64,000 nucleotides of DNA, from NCBI RefSeq assembly GCF_035084215.1, contig NC_090326.1, positions 159,464,001-159,528,000 of the forward strand, read 5' to 3'. The first letter of the stretch is position 1. The number at the start of each line of letters is the position of its first letter. The stretch is from Heptranchias perlo (taxonomy: Eukaryota). Under the pieces are notes generated by a model. It saw only the letters and a program-made list of their open reading frames with translations, was not told where the DNA came from and ran no database searches. A program made the translations under genes and the position numbers. Positions 52,521-64,000 of the stretch are shown piece after piece.

Positions 52521-54802
52521 TGTGCCGCACTCAGAAGACAGTCCAGAATGTCACCCGAGCACAACGCAACGCCATCAACGCTCTCAAGACCAACCGCAAC
52601 ATCGTCATCAAACCAGCGGACAAAGGAGGAGCCATAGTCATACAGAACAGAACGGACTATTGCAAAGAAGCATACCGACAACTGGACAACCAGGAACACG
52701 ACAGACGGTTACCCACAGACCCGACCAAAGAACACACCCACCAGCTCAACAAATTGATCAAGACCTTCGATCCAGACCTTCAAAGCATCCTACGCACTCT
52801 CATCCCACGTACTCCCCGCGTGGGAGACTTCTACTGCCTCCCAAAGATACACAAAGCCAACACACCCGGACGTCCTATCGTATCAGGCAACGGAACCCTG
52901 TGCGAGAACCTCTCTGGATACATCGAGGGCATCCTGAAACCCATCGTACAGGGAACCCCCAGCTTCTGTCGCGACACTACAGACTTCCTACAAAAACTCA
53001 GTACCCACGGACCAGTTGAACCAGGAACACTTCTCACCACGATGGACGTCTCGGCACTATACACCAGTATCCCCCACGATGACGGCATCGCTGCGACAGC
53101 ATCAATACTCAACACCAACAACAGCCAATCTCCGGACGCCATCCTACAACTCATCCGCTTCATCCTGGATCACAATGTCTTCACCTTCAATAACCAGTTC
53201 TTTACCCAAACACAAGGAACAGCCATGGGGACCAAATTCGCACCCCAATACGCCAACATTTTCATGCACAAGTTCGAGCAGGACTTCTTCACTGCACAAG
53301 ACCTCCAACCAACACTATACACCAGATACATCGACGACATTTTCTTTCTATGGACCCACGGCGAAGAATCACTGAAGAGACTACACGATAACATCAACAA
53401 GTTCCATCCCACCATCAAGCTCACCATGGACTACTCCTCAGAATCAGTTTCTTTCTTGGACACACGAATCTCCATCAAAGACGGGCACCTCAGCACCTCA
53501 CTCTACCGCAAGCCCACGGACAACCTCACGATGCTCCACTTTTCCAGCTTCCACCCTAACCATGTCAAAGAGGCCATCCCCTATGGACAGGCCCTGCGAA
53601 TACACAGGGTCTGCTCAGACGAGGAGGAACGCGATGGACACCTACAGACGCTGAAAGACGCCCTAGTAAGAACGGGATATGACGCTCGACTCATCGATTG
53701 ACAGTTCCGACGGGCCACAACGAAAAATCGCATAGACCTCCTCAGAAGACTAACACGGGACGCAACCAACAGAGTACCCTTCGTCGTCCAGTACTTCCCC
53801 GGAGCGGAGAAACTACGCCATGTTCTCCGCAGCCTTCAACATGTCATCAATGACGACGAACACCTCGCTATGGCCATCCCCACACCTCCACTACTCGCCT
53901 TTAAACAGCCACCCAACCTCAAACAGACCATCGTTCGCAGCAAATTACCTAGCTTTCAAGAGAACAGCGTCCACGACACCACACAACCCTGCCGCGGTAA
54001 CCTCTGCAAGACATGCCAGATCATCGACACAGATACCACCATCACACGAGAGGACACCACCCACCAGGTGCATGGTTCATACTCCTGTGACTCGGCCAAC
54101 GTTGTCTACCTCATACGTTGCAGGAAAGGATGCCCCAGAGCATGGTACATTGGCGAGACCATGCAGACACTGCGACAACGGATGAATGGACACCGCGCAA
54201 CAATCGCCAAACAGGAGGGTTCCCTCCCAGTCGGGGAACACTTCAGCAGTCAAGGACATTCAGCCACGGACCTTCGGGTAAGCATACTCCAAGGCGGCCT
54301 TCGAGACACACGACAACGCAAAATCGTCGAGCAGAAATTGATTGCCAAGTTCCGCACCCATGAGGACGGCCTCAACCGGGATCTTGGGTTCATGTCACGC
54401 TACACGTTACCCCACCAGTGAACAAATGTTATCTGTTTTTAATATAACGGGTCAGTTGCTGTCTTTTCTATGTTTCTACCTCTCTATCTCTGTTTTTTTT
54501 GTTTGTTGTTTTTTTTGGTGATTTGTATATTCTGTGAGACCTGGCAGGTAACACCTGTCTGTCTGCACACTGATTGCCTTGGCAACGGGCAGTTGAAAAA
54601 ACTGTCTGTACTCACCAAGCATTGTTCTGTGAATTATAAATGCGACTTCATTTCGAGGATTTCATTTCCACATCGTTCACCTGAGGAAGGAGGTAGCCTC
54701 CGAAAGCTTGTGAATTTAAAATAAAATTGCTGGACTATAACTTGGTGTTGTAAAATTGTTTACAATTGTCAACCCCAGTCCATCACCGGCATCTCCACAT
54801 CA
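52521..54802 (+). mobile_element. Penelope-like retroelement, 5'-truncated: RT + C-terminal GIY-YIG endonuclease + 3'UTR/pLTR
   Basis: ORF 52436..53701 has PLE RT motifs (IKPADKGG, PKIHK, GRPIVS, DVSALYTSIP, GTAMGTKFAPQYAN, RYIDD). ORF 53870..54421 is in the same frame and has VVYLIRC..C..WYIGET..LRQR..H..E..N. One in-frame TGA at 53699-53701 separates them. Confidence 0.95.
54676..54714 (+). ncRNA. Minimal type-I hammerhead ribozyme motif in the PLE 3' region
   Basis: UUCAC-CUGAGGA-A-GGAG(guagc)CUCC-GAAA-GCU-U-GUGAA. Stem I is UUCAC/GUGAA, the core is CUGAnGA/GAAA, stem II is 4 bp, and stem III is reduced to the palindrome AGCU. This is the known minimal PLE-type hammerhead; activity is untested. 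Confidence 0.75.
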
Positions 54803-55231
54803 GTATTTCCAAGGGAGGAACAGATCTGCATCATCACAACTGGAGCCAATGTAACATGTATATATCACAGCATCCAGGTTTGTAGTGTGATCTAGACGAT
54901 AGACAATACTGTGAAGGGGGAGGAAGAGGAGGACTGGGTAGAGGTATACCTCACAGCACATTCACAGGCCACAGATATTTTTATACTCCTCAAAGGCTAA
55001 AGCAAATGGATAACACTGGCAAAAATGTAGAAAAATTCCAGACATATCCATTTTTAAAAGAAGTTTTGAATTGGGGTCGTCTCCACCATGCTGGAATCGA
55101 TGCACCTGTGAACCCAGTTACATTCTGGCTTCACCATCTCCACTAATTAACACTTCTCATATATATAAACTGCTGCAATTTTTGTTTGTAAAATGAGCAT
55201 CATTTTATGGCTTAAGGCAAATCCTCCTTAA

Positions 55232-55725
55232 AGGTGGTGCAATGAAGGTTCACTAGATTGATACATGGGATGAGCAGGTTGTCCTGTGAGGAGATCGAGT
55301 AGAATGGGCCTATACTCTCTGGAGTTTAGAAAAATGAGAGGTAATCCCATTGAAACATATAAGATTCTGAGGAGGATTGACGGGGTAGATGATGAGAGGT
55401 TGTTTCCCCTGGCTGGAGAGTCTAGAACTAGGGGGCACAGTCTCAGAATAAGGGGTCGACCATTTAAGACTGAGATGGGGAGGACATTCTTCACTCACAG
55501 GATTGTGAATCTTTGGAATTCTCTACCTCAGAGGGCTGCGGATGCTGAGTCATTGAGTATATTCAAGGCTGAAATTGATAGATTTTTGGACTCTATGGGA
55601 ATCAAGGGATATGGGGATTGGGTGGGAAAGCGGAGTTGAGGTCGAAGATCAGCCACGATCTTAGTGAATGACGGAGCAGGCTCGAGAGGCTGTACAGCCT
55701 ACTCCTGCTCCTATTTCTTACGTTC
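55232..55725 (+). mobile_element. CR1 3' fragment
   Basis: ORF 55286..55639 has GLYSLEFR..TRGHSLRI..WNSLP. Confidence 0.9.
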
Positions 55726-56129
55726 TTCCACAATGACTGTATTGCTGAAAATATTATGGAACTCTGGCCATGGGATGCAGTACATCCTGCCTTTTACCCC
55801 ACTTACTGTGGCACTAATGCCAGCAAACAAAACAATGCAGAACTAATGCCATCAGAGGTTGACAGCACACCACTAACAGTGGTGTTAACCCACACTTCTG
55901 ACAGCAACATTTGCACCTGTCATGTACCAAACTGCTCACACCTATCCTGTATAGATTACTGAAATCACTTTGCCCTTGCTGTCCTGCCTGTACGGTACTT
56001 TCTCCATCTAATGGCAAATGCAGCTGTCAAAATGTGGATCTGGTGGTGTAAGAACAATCCAGCAACATAAATAGGCAGCTTCCGCAGCACTGCTGGCATT
56101 GCACAACCACTTGTTGCAATGACCTGTAG

Positions 56130-56773
56130 CATAGAGTCATAGAGTTATACAGCACGGATAGAGGCCCTTCGGCCCATCGTGTCCACGCCGGCCATCAGCC
56201 CTGTCTACTCTAATCCCATATTCCAGCATTTGGTCCGTAGCCTTGTATGCTATGGCATTTCAAGTGCTCATCCAAATGCTTCTTGAATGTTGTGAGGGTT
56301 CCTGCCTCCACAACCCTTTCAGGCAGTGAGTTCCAGACTCCAACCACCCTCTGGGTGAAAAAGTTCTTTCTCAAATCCCCTCTAAACCTCCCGCCTTTTA
56401 CCTTGAATCTATGTCCCCTTGTTATAGAACCCTCAACGAAGGGAAAAAGCTCCTTAGTATCCATCCTATCTGTGCCCCTCATAATTTTGTACACCTCAAT
56501 CATGTCCCCCCTCAGCCTCCTCTGCTCCAAGGAAAACAAACCCAATCTTCCCAGTCTCTCTTCATAGCTGAAGCGCTCCAGCCCTGGTAACATCCTGGTG
56601 AATCCCCTCTGCACCCTCTCCAAAGCGATCACATCCTTCCTGTAGTGCGGCGACCAGAACTGCACACAGTACTCCAGCTGTGGCCTAACCAGTGTTTTAT
56701 ACAGCTCCATCATAACCTCCTTGCTCTTATATTCTATGCCTCGGCTAATAAAGGCAAGTATCCCATATGCCTC
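56130..56773 (-). mobile_element. Young CR1 3' fragment
   Basis: ORF 56210..56713 (LYKTLVRPQLEYCVQFWSP...LRGDMIEVYKI...WNSLP); actctatg tail. Confidence 0.92.
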
Positions 56774-57009
56774 CCATAGATGCAGAATTAGTCTATAATT
56801 TGATTTAGATTACAAATTTATTTGGGGGACTGGCATGCATGAAAATCCATCATCGTGTTGAACTGTCCCTACACCAAACTACTAAGAAATCCATGCAGGA
56901 AGAGTTTTTGTTTGCTCAATGCAGAGTTAACACTGTCCCTGTAGAAACACAAACCGTTTATCTAAACCCAGAGAACTTAGGCAAACGTTGGCAAGACCTA
57001 GGATCACCA

Positions 57010-58210
57010 AAGAGCAGTGGGAGGCATTCAAGGGGTTCAGAGTAAACATGTTCCCACAAAGAAAAAGGGTGGGACTGCCAAATCTAGAGCCCCCTGGATA
57101 ACAAGCAGCATACAGGGTAAGATAAGACAAAAAAGGGAAGCTTATGTCAGACACCAAGCACTCAATACTGCAGAAAGCCTACACGAGTATAGAGAGTGCA
57201 GGGGTGAAATTAAAAAGGAAATTAGGAAAGTAAAGAGAGGGCATGAAAAAATACTGGCAAGTAAAATTAAGGAAAACCCAAATATGTTTTATAAATACAT
57301 AAAGAGCAAGAGGATAACTACAGAAAGTATAGGGCCTATTAGAGACCAAAAAGGTAACCCAAGTGTGGAGGCGGAAGACGTGGGTATGGTTCTTAATGAA
57401 TACTTTGGGTCTGTCTTCACAAAAGATTCAGAGATTGTAGTTAAGGAGGAGGAGTGTGAAATATTTGATGGGATAAATATAGAGAGAGGAAGTATTAAGG
57501 GTAATAGCATCTTTGAAAGTAGATAAATCGCCAGGCCCGGATGAAATGTATCCCAGGCTCCTAAGAGAAGCAAGGGAGGAAATAGCGGAGGCTCTGACCA
57601 TCATTTTCCGATCCTCCGAAGCTACAGGTGTGGTGCCGGAGGACTGCTAACATTGTACCATTGTTTAAAAAGGGAGAAAGAGGTAGACCGAGTAATTATA
57701 GGCCAGTCAGTCTAACCTCGGTGGTGGCAAATTATTGGAATCGATTCTGAGGGACAGCATAAATCGTCATTTAGAAAGGCAAGTGTTAATCAAGGACAGT
57801 CAGCATCCATTTGTTAAGGAAAGGTCGTGTCTAACCAACTTGATTGAATTTTTTGAGCAGGTAACAAGGAGGGTCGACGAGTCTAACCCGTTTGATGTAG
57901 CGTACACTGATTTTAGCAAGGCTCTTGACAAGGTCTCACATGGCAGCCTGGTCAAAAAAAGTAAAAGCACATGGGATCCAAGGGAAAGTGGCTAGTTAGA
58001 TCCAAAATTGGCTCAGTGGCAGGAAGCAAAGGGTAATGGTTGACGGGTGTTTTTGCGATTGGACGGCTGTTTCCAGGGGGGTTCCGCAAGGCTCAGTACT
58101 GGGTCCCTTGCTTTTTGTGGTATATATTAATGATTTGGACTTGAATGTGGGGAGGCTTGATCAAGAAGTTTGTAGACGATACAAAAATTGGCTGTGTGGT
58201 TGATAATGAT
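57010..58210 (+). mobile_element. CR1 ORF2 internal fragment; a separate CR1 3' end lies at ~58803-59008
   Basis: ORFs 57017..57526 and 57735..57995 have APWIT, LNEYFGSVFT and SCLTNLIEFF, followed by [10 protein letters not shown] and KFVDD. Confidence 0.9.
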
Positions 58211-61200
58211 TTCCTCCTGAATTTGAGGGGGGGAAGCCCTTAAATTCACTTTTTTTAAAAACCAAAAATCAGGTCTTGGGTTGTGCATGGATGACATCTC
58301 TTTAGAATCAACTATTTTATATTTCTGTCAGACTTTTAAAATATTTATGATACGATGGTGCGATGTGCTACATTAGACATTTCAGCGGTCAACATTGTGC
58401 ATCACGACAGCTATAAATATATTTTACTGTCAAAATATGTCAACAGCATTTTGTGATCATGTAAACTTATATCACATTATTTTTGCAACTTTCATTGAGG
58501 CCTACAAAAGTGGTGTCTGTAAACTGCGTACATAATTGTGGGTTCTCATTTAGCTTGAGTGTGCCATCTTCGTCTCTTGCTTTTTTTCTTGATGTTCAAA
58601 AATAAAAAATGTATTCTCTGAATTTACCTGAGTTTTTTTATAAATCTAATTTTCCCCTTGATGTTCTCCCAGTTTTTGATGCTAAATATAAAATCTGAAA
58701 AACTCAAGTTTTTAAATCAACAATAAACAATGACTTTATTTATAACATATGGTATTCCTAAATACCCTTGGCGAAGGGGGAAACGAAAGCTGGATATCCC
58801 TTATGGTTAGGATCTAGAATGCTCTGCCAGAGTGGGTGGTGGAGGCAGATTCATTCGTGGCTTTCAAAAGAGAATTGGATAAGTACTTGAAAGGAAAATA
58901 TTTGCAGGGCTACGGGGAAAGGGCGGGGGAGTGGGACTAGCTGGATTGCTCTTGCTCAGAGCTGGCACGGACTCGACGGGCCGAATCGCCTCCTTCCGTG
59001 CTGTAACTTATAATTCTATTTGTAAGATACCATACAAGCAGGGAGGGCAGGCAGAGCAACAGGAAACATGGTGCAAATCTGGGAAGACACCTCACCAGTG
59101 ACATTTACCAGTAGCACCTCCACTATTTTAACGCCACCAGATTAATGGATATTAAAATGGTATCTTTCTTCTCCTCATCCTCTCCTGATATCTACATTCT
59201 TCCCTCCTCGGGCCATTACTTGTATGTAATTCTGCAACCCACAAAGTTATGCCAGAGCAAAGTTGAAGCTTGATAAGCCACACACACTTCTGTGAAATGC
59301 TATACGGATGTGATATCCTGGTTGTCCACTTGATTAACATATTGTTGCAATGTATTTTATTTACAATGAAAAAGGTACAAAGTTTTCAATCCACACCTTA
59401 TCAACCATAGGCAAGGTTGTGATTGCTGATGTCAGGAAAGGGCTTCCTAGAATTTTAAAGTCAAGACCTGGCACCAATTCAAAAATGTTGATATTGTTAC
59501 TCAAAATCAGTTAAAGTATTTCCAAAAGCTTACAAAGCTTGTGCATGCTGATAATCAAAAGGTGAAAAACAAATTGAAGAGATAGCGTGAAATGTGGGAA
59601 GGTGATGCTGGAAAAAGTCAAATAATGGAATCTCTTAAAAGGGACAGGTGCCCTGAAAATGCCTCCTCTCCAATGGGTCTTTGGATCATGATATGGGGAA
59701 AGCAAAAGAACAATGGAAAATTCCAGTCATAGCCCACCCCATCAATTCCCCGGGATAGATTGCAGCACGTGGGTAAGTACTTCCGCCTGCACTGCCAACA
59801 TGTTAGGACGTCTTCTGCTTTTCGTCACCGAGTGAGCCGGAAAAGACGAAAGCAACTTGGTTTGTTGTGCCAACGAAGCGACCAGACATTCACTGAGAAC
59901 GTCTCTTGTCCCTGACCAAACAGGTTTTTGAACCAGTTTTCAGCCTGAAACGGATTGTTAGCAATGTGGAGTGAAGCTGGATGGAGGAGTCCGTAGAGGC
60001 AGAGGGAAACCGGTGGGTTTATAAGGTTTAAAAAGAAAAATCAATGGGAGATTAAAGGCAAAAACAGAGAATTAGAAAGAGAACAGGAAACTTGAGACAA
60101 TGGTTATAATCTACAACTATTCACTTTTAGGGTGTAGTATTTTACTACGGTAATAAACCAATTCCAAACATGTCCGTAGCATTGTTAAGTAACATTAAAG
60201 AATTCCTCAGCTTCACAATGTATGGAAGTGAAACATTAATGGCCAGCAAGGGGGTGGCGGAGTAAGTGCACCTATTCCTGCCCCACAAGATCTCAGCACT
60301 GTAATAACAGTTAACATTTATATATTGCTGTTAATGTAGAAACACGCCCCAAAGCGCTTTACAGAGGCACATGTTTTTTTAAAAATTGATGTTGGCCCAA
60401 AGAAGGAGATCTCTGTAGGGGTGACCAAACACTTGGTCTAGGCTTCAAGGAGTGATTTAAAAGGCAGAGAGGGCTGTGAAGATGCAAAGAGGGGTTTAAC
60501 AGAGGGAATCCCAAAGTATGGGTCCTAGGAGACTGAAGCCATGGCCGACACAACGCGACTAAAGTCTGTGCTGAGCTAGTCGTTTGCAGATGGGTAGTAG
60601 TAGTAGTGCTAATCCCTGAGCTGGGGAAGGTTAAAATGTCTCGTCAGGATTCTCATTCCTGATTGCTATCCAGTGACCCCTGACAGAAAGAAGTGTGCAG
60701 ACATTGGGTGAAAACAGGTTCAGGCCCAGCTGTGAGGAGGACAAGCAACTGCTTTGCCATCATTTCCTCCATGATTAAACCTGCCAACATTCACTGTTGA
60801 TGCTCATACATGAAAAATGGCCACTTGGGGCAATGTGCTGGAGGACAGTTGCTGACACCTCCAGAACCATAAGCACAAGTTATCAATTTCAGCAGAAAGA
60901 GGGAGAGAAGAAAATGTGGGGAAGGGGGTGTTCAGGAAAGAGCAAATGAATTTTAAATTAAACAAAAAGCAGTATCAAAAATAATCCAATTATAGTCAGC
61001 TGTTCTCTGGGTTATGGGACTGTCATGGGAAGGATGAGGAGCTTAGAAATAATGGAAAAGAAACTATTGTACATGGTTTGCTTTGACCATTACTTGTTTT
61101 AGTATTGACTGAAGCTGAAACCAGTCACCAGATAGTTTAATTTATAAGTACTAAATTAAAGTTGCTTTTATACTGATTTAATGTCGCCAGCTCCTCCGTA

Positions 61201-64000
61201 ACCTCAACGGAAATATAGTCCCTTCAGCCCGGAAAAATCTATTTTTAAAAATTATTTTTACACAGGGTCTTTATAGCCCCACCAACACCACTGATGTGCA
61301 TTCAGGATATACAGCCCCTTGTGGAGACAGGCTCCCCGCACACTCGGGACTTAGTGATGCACTGTTTTGATTGCTCTGCCCATCGATTTAAATGAGCAGC
61401 TCTCCTGTGCTGATAAGCACAGGGTGCAGAGAAAGTTCCAGTGTAGATCAACTGCAAACTTAATCCTGTGACTGACAGGGCAGTGTGGCACTGGATCACT
61501 GGATTCCAACCCCTCCACCCCCCCCACAATCATCCCGAGGACGTGGACAATGCTGGGAAGGCTGCATTTATTTCACATCCCTAGTTACCCTGAAAATTGA
61601 GTGGCTTGCTAAGCCACCTCAGAGGGCATTGAGTCAATCACATACGGAGTCACATGTCAGCAGGACCAGGTAGGGGTGGCTGCTGGCTCCCTTCACTGCA
61701 GGATATTATTGAATCAGTTGGGCTTTTACAGCATAACAGCAGCTTTCATGGTAGTTTCTTGTACAAGCCCACAAATAACCAGATTCACTGAATTTAATTT
61801 CACAAATTGCCATGGTGTGATATGAATCCACGACCTCCAGATTGCTGGCCCAGTACCACAACAACTACATAATGTACCCATGTCACAATCAGTCGTGCTT
61901 GTGCACAAATGCTGGGATTAGGATCACAATGGTCTGTACTAAGTCCAGTTGTACTATGAATGTGGGAGAGTGGCACATATTGGCTGCTCTCCATAGACAC
62001 CCCCCACCCAAAAAAGACACACAGAAGCTCTTATTTTTAAAAAAAAATTAAAAGAAAAAAAACCTGCAAATATTGGAAATCTAAAACAGTAAATGGTGTA
62101 AATACACATTGGGAGAGAAAAACTAGACGTTAACATTTCAATAGACCCTGCACAAAAGTTCTGATGTAGGATCCAGCTGTGAAACATTAACCTGGTCTCT
62201 TTTTAGATGTCGATGGCTGATTTTTTTCACTGCATTTCATTTGAAGAGAGAGAAAAAGCAGAAAGCTTGTTGTACAAGCCAGACAAAAGGGCTGTTGCAT
62301 GGCATGGAGAAGGGGGAGTGAGAAGGCAAGACAATGTCAAAATACAAGGCAAGAAAAGGGGCAGTATACAGCCTGCTCCCACACCTCCATGCCCATTTTG
62401 TCTGAATCACAAGAGGCACCTGACAGCAACCTAACCTGGCAACGATCACCCTATCCCCTTCTCCCTGATCGTCCCTTCTCTCTGCATGAAGGCAACACAC
62501 AACTCCTTGAAGTTTAGAGTAAATATATTTTTGGCTTAGTTAAGCTAAAATCTAACTTTGGCATTATACCCCTAATAGTGGATCACATTTTAATTCAATT
62601 AAAATACTAACAAATATCAAAAAAAAAATTCAAGTACCGCTACAATGAACACAAATATCATGCAAAAGCTATTTTTAGTACAATACCTCCAAAAAGTATT
62701 ATCGGCAATATTTGATCAATTTAATAATGGGAGGGGGGCAGAAACAAGACAACAACAAATATAAATATTTGATCACAGGGCCTTCTAAAAGTTTGCTATT
62801 CATCAAGGCTGCATATAGTGACACCTCTATTCCTGGCCAGAATGGAGATGATGGGGGAATTCCCCCGTCAATCACGCCTGGAGGCCGCTCTGCTGTAAGT
62901 GACTGGGATTGATCTTATGCACATAATTTGTATTATGTAACTATCCTCCACTCACTGCATTTTGCTGGAGAAATAATCCTGCTTTTATCGGGAGACTTTG
63001 CTGTAGTTTCAGTCATGAGTTCTGTTTGCTATAGTTCATAGAGACTCTTTTTAAATAGACTTTGTTTGCTGTAAAATAATCTGTTGGCGGTAAGTCCTGC
63101 CGCAAGTCTCGCCCCGCTTCCAACTCATTGACAGCAGTGTCAATACTCACTTTGATTCATTAAAAGGTGTCTAGGGGCTCAAGAGTGATGGTTAATTTAC
63201 ACTGTAAAGCCTCCTAGGTCTCGTCTTAAACACTTATGCAAAACCTTCCAGTCATGCTTCTCCGGCCGGGCATAGCCTACAGGCAAACCTTTAAAACTTC
63301 GAACACGTTATTTTTGAATATCTAAACTCCAAATTAAGATCAACTCCACCAAATTTTCAGAGAATTGTCCAAGTAAATAAACATTTAAAACATATACAAT
63401 AATGGATACCTGGACTGTAATTTATATTGAATGGTTTAAATTGATATTAAGCTGCAAGACAGAAGCTTACGGTGAATCTCAAAGTTAAATCAGTGTATTA
63501 CAATCACTCTCCTCTCCCACCCCCTCATTCAATAAAATGTACCATTGTCTTAACAGTATGAAGTGACTGTCATATTCTGTGCGTACATGATGCAGCTGAT
63601 ATCAATGCTCTATTTCTTCATTAACCTAATTTACAGGTTATAATTAGGGCACTGTGTCCAGTATAACAGCAGGGAGAGGGATCATTAAAAAAACAACCAG
63701 ATGTGGGAAGCTGTTCGGCCCATCTAGCTCATCCTTCCATAGAAATCCATTATCTCACCATCACCGTGCTCTACTGCCCCTTAAATGATTCCACAGTTTT
63801 GCTTCACTACTTTAGCTAGAAGACCATCTCCAAACAGCCAGTGGAAACTCCAATATAAACCTACTGAGGCTGGATCGAGAAAAACTGGATATAAGCGAAT
63901 TAAGACAGGTTTACTTTGGGGTAAAACTGCCCGAAACCCACGCTTCGGGAAGCACAAACTCTCCCTGCTGTTATACTGAACACAGTTCCTTAATAATAAT

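Noticed and set aside
59805-59855. Hammerhead ribozyme suggested by gacgaaagc
   Set aside because: There is no CUGAnGA core at the required position on either strand.

Overview
This is eukaryotic, repeat-rich vertebrate DNA. The repeat set (CR1 and L2 LINEs, Deu-type tRNA SINEs, Penelope-like elements) points to a cartilaginous fish, which is an inference. One host gene is visible on the minus strand: an NKTR-type cyclophilin with five coding exons (58/75/108/45/88 nt, all GT-AG) from the ATG at 33125 down to 1001, continuing beyond the window start. Its protein mixes NKTR- and PPIG-type residues, and no first exon or promoter is clearly visible. The rest is mostly nested retroelements, a few MITEs and an orphan histone H2B pseudogene. 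The most striking structure is a Penelope-like retroelement family (RT + GIY-YIG). It is present as one long copy (52521-54802), one 1.07-kb copy with an inverted 3' duplication, and three ~200-bp TSD-flanked fold-back insertions. These fold-backs are perfect or near-perfect hairpins that turn at the 5' edge of a minimal hammerhead-ribozyme motif. Repeat boundaries were read by eye and are approximate unless a TSD is quoted.
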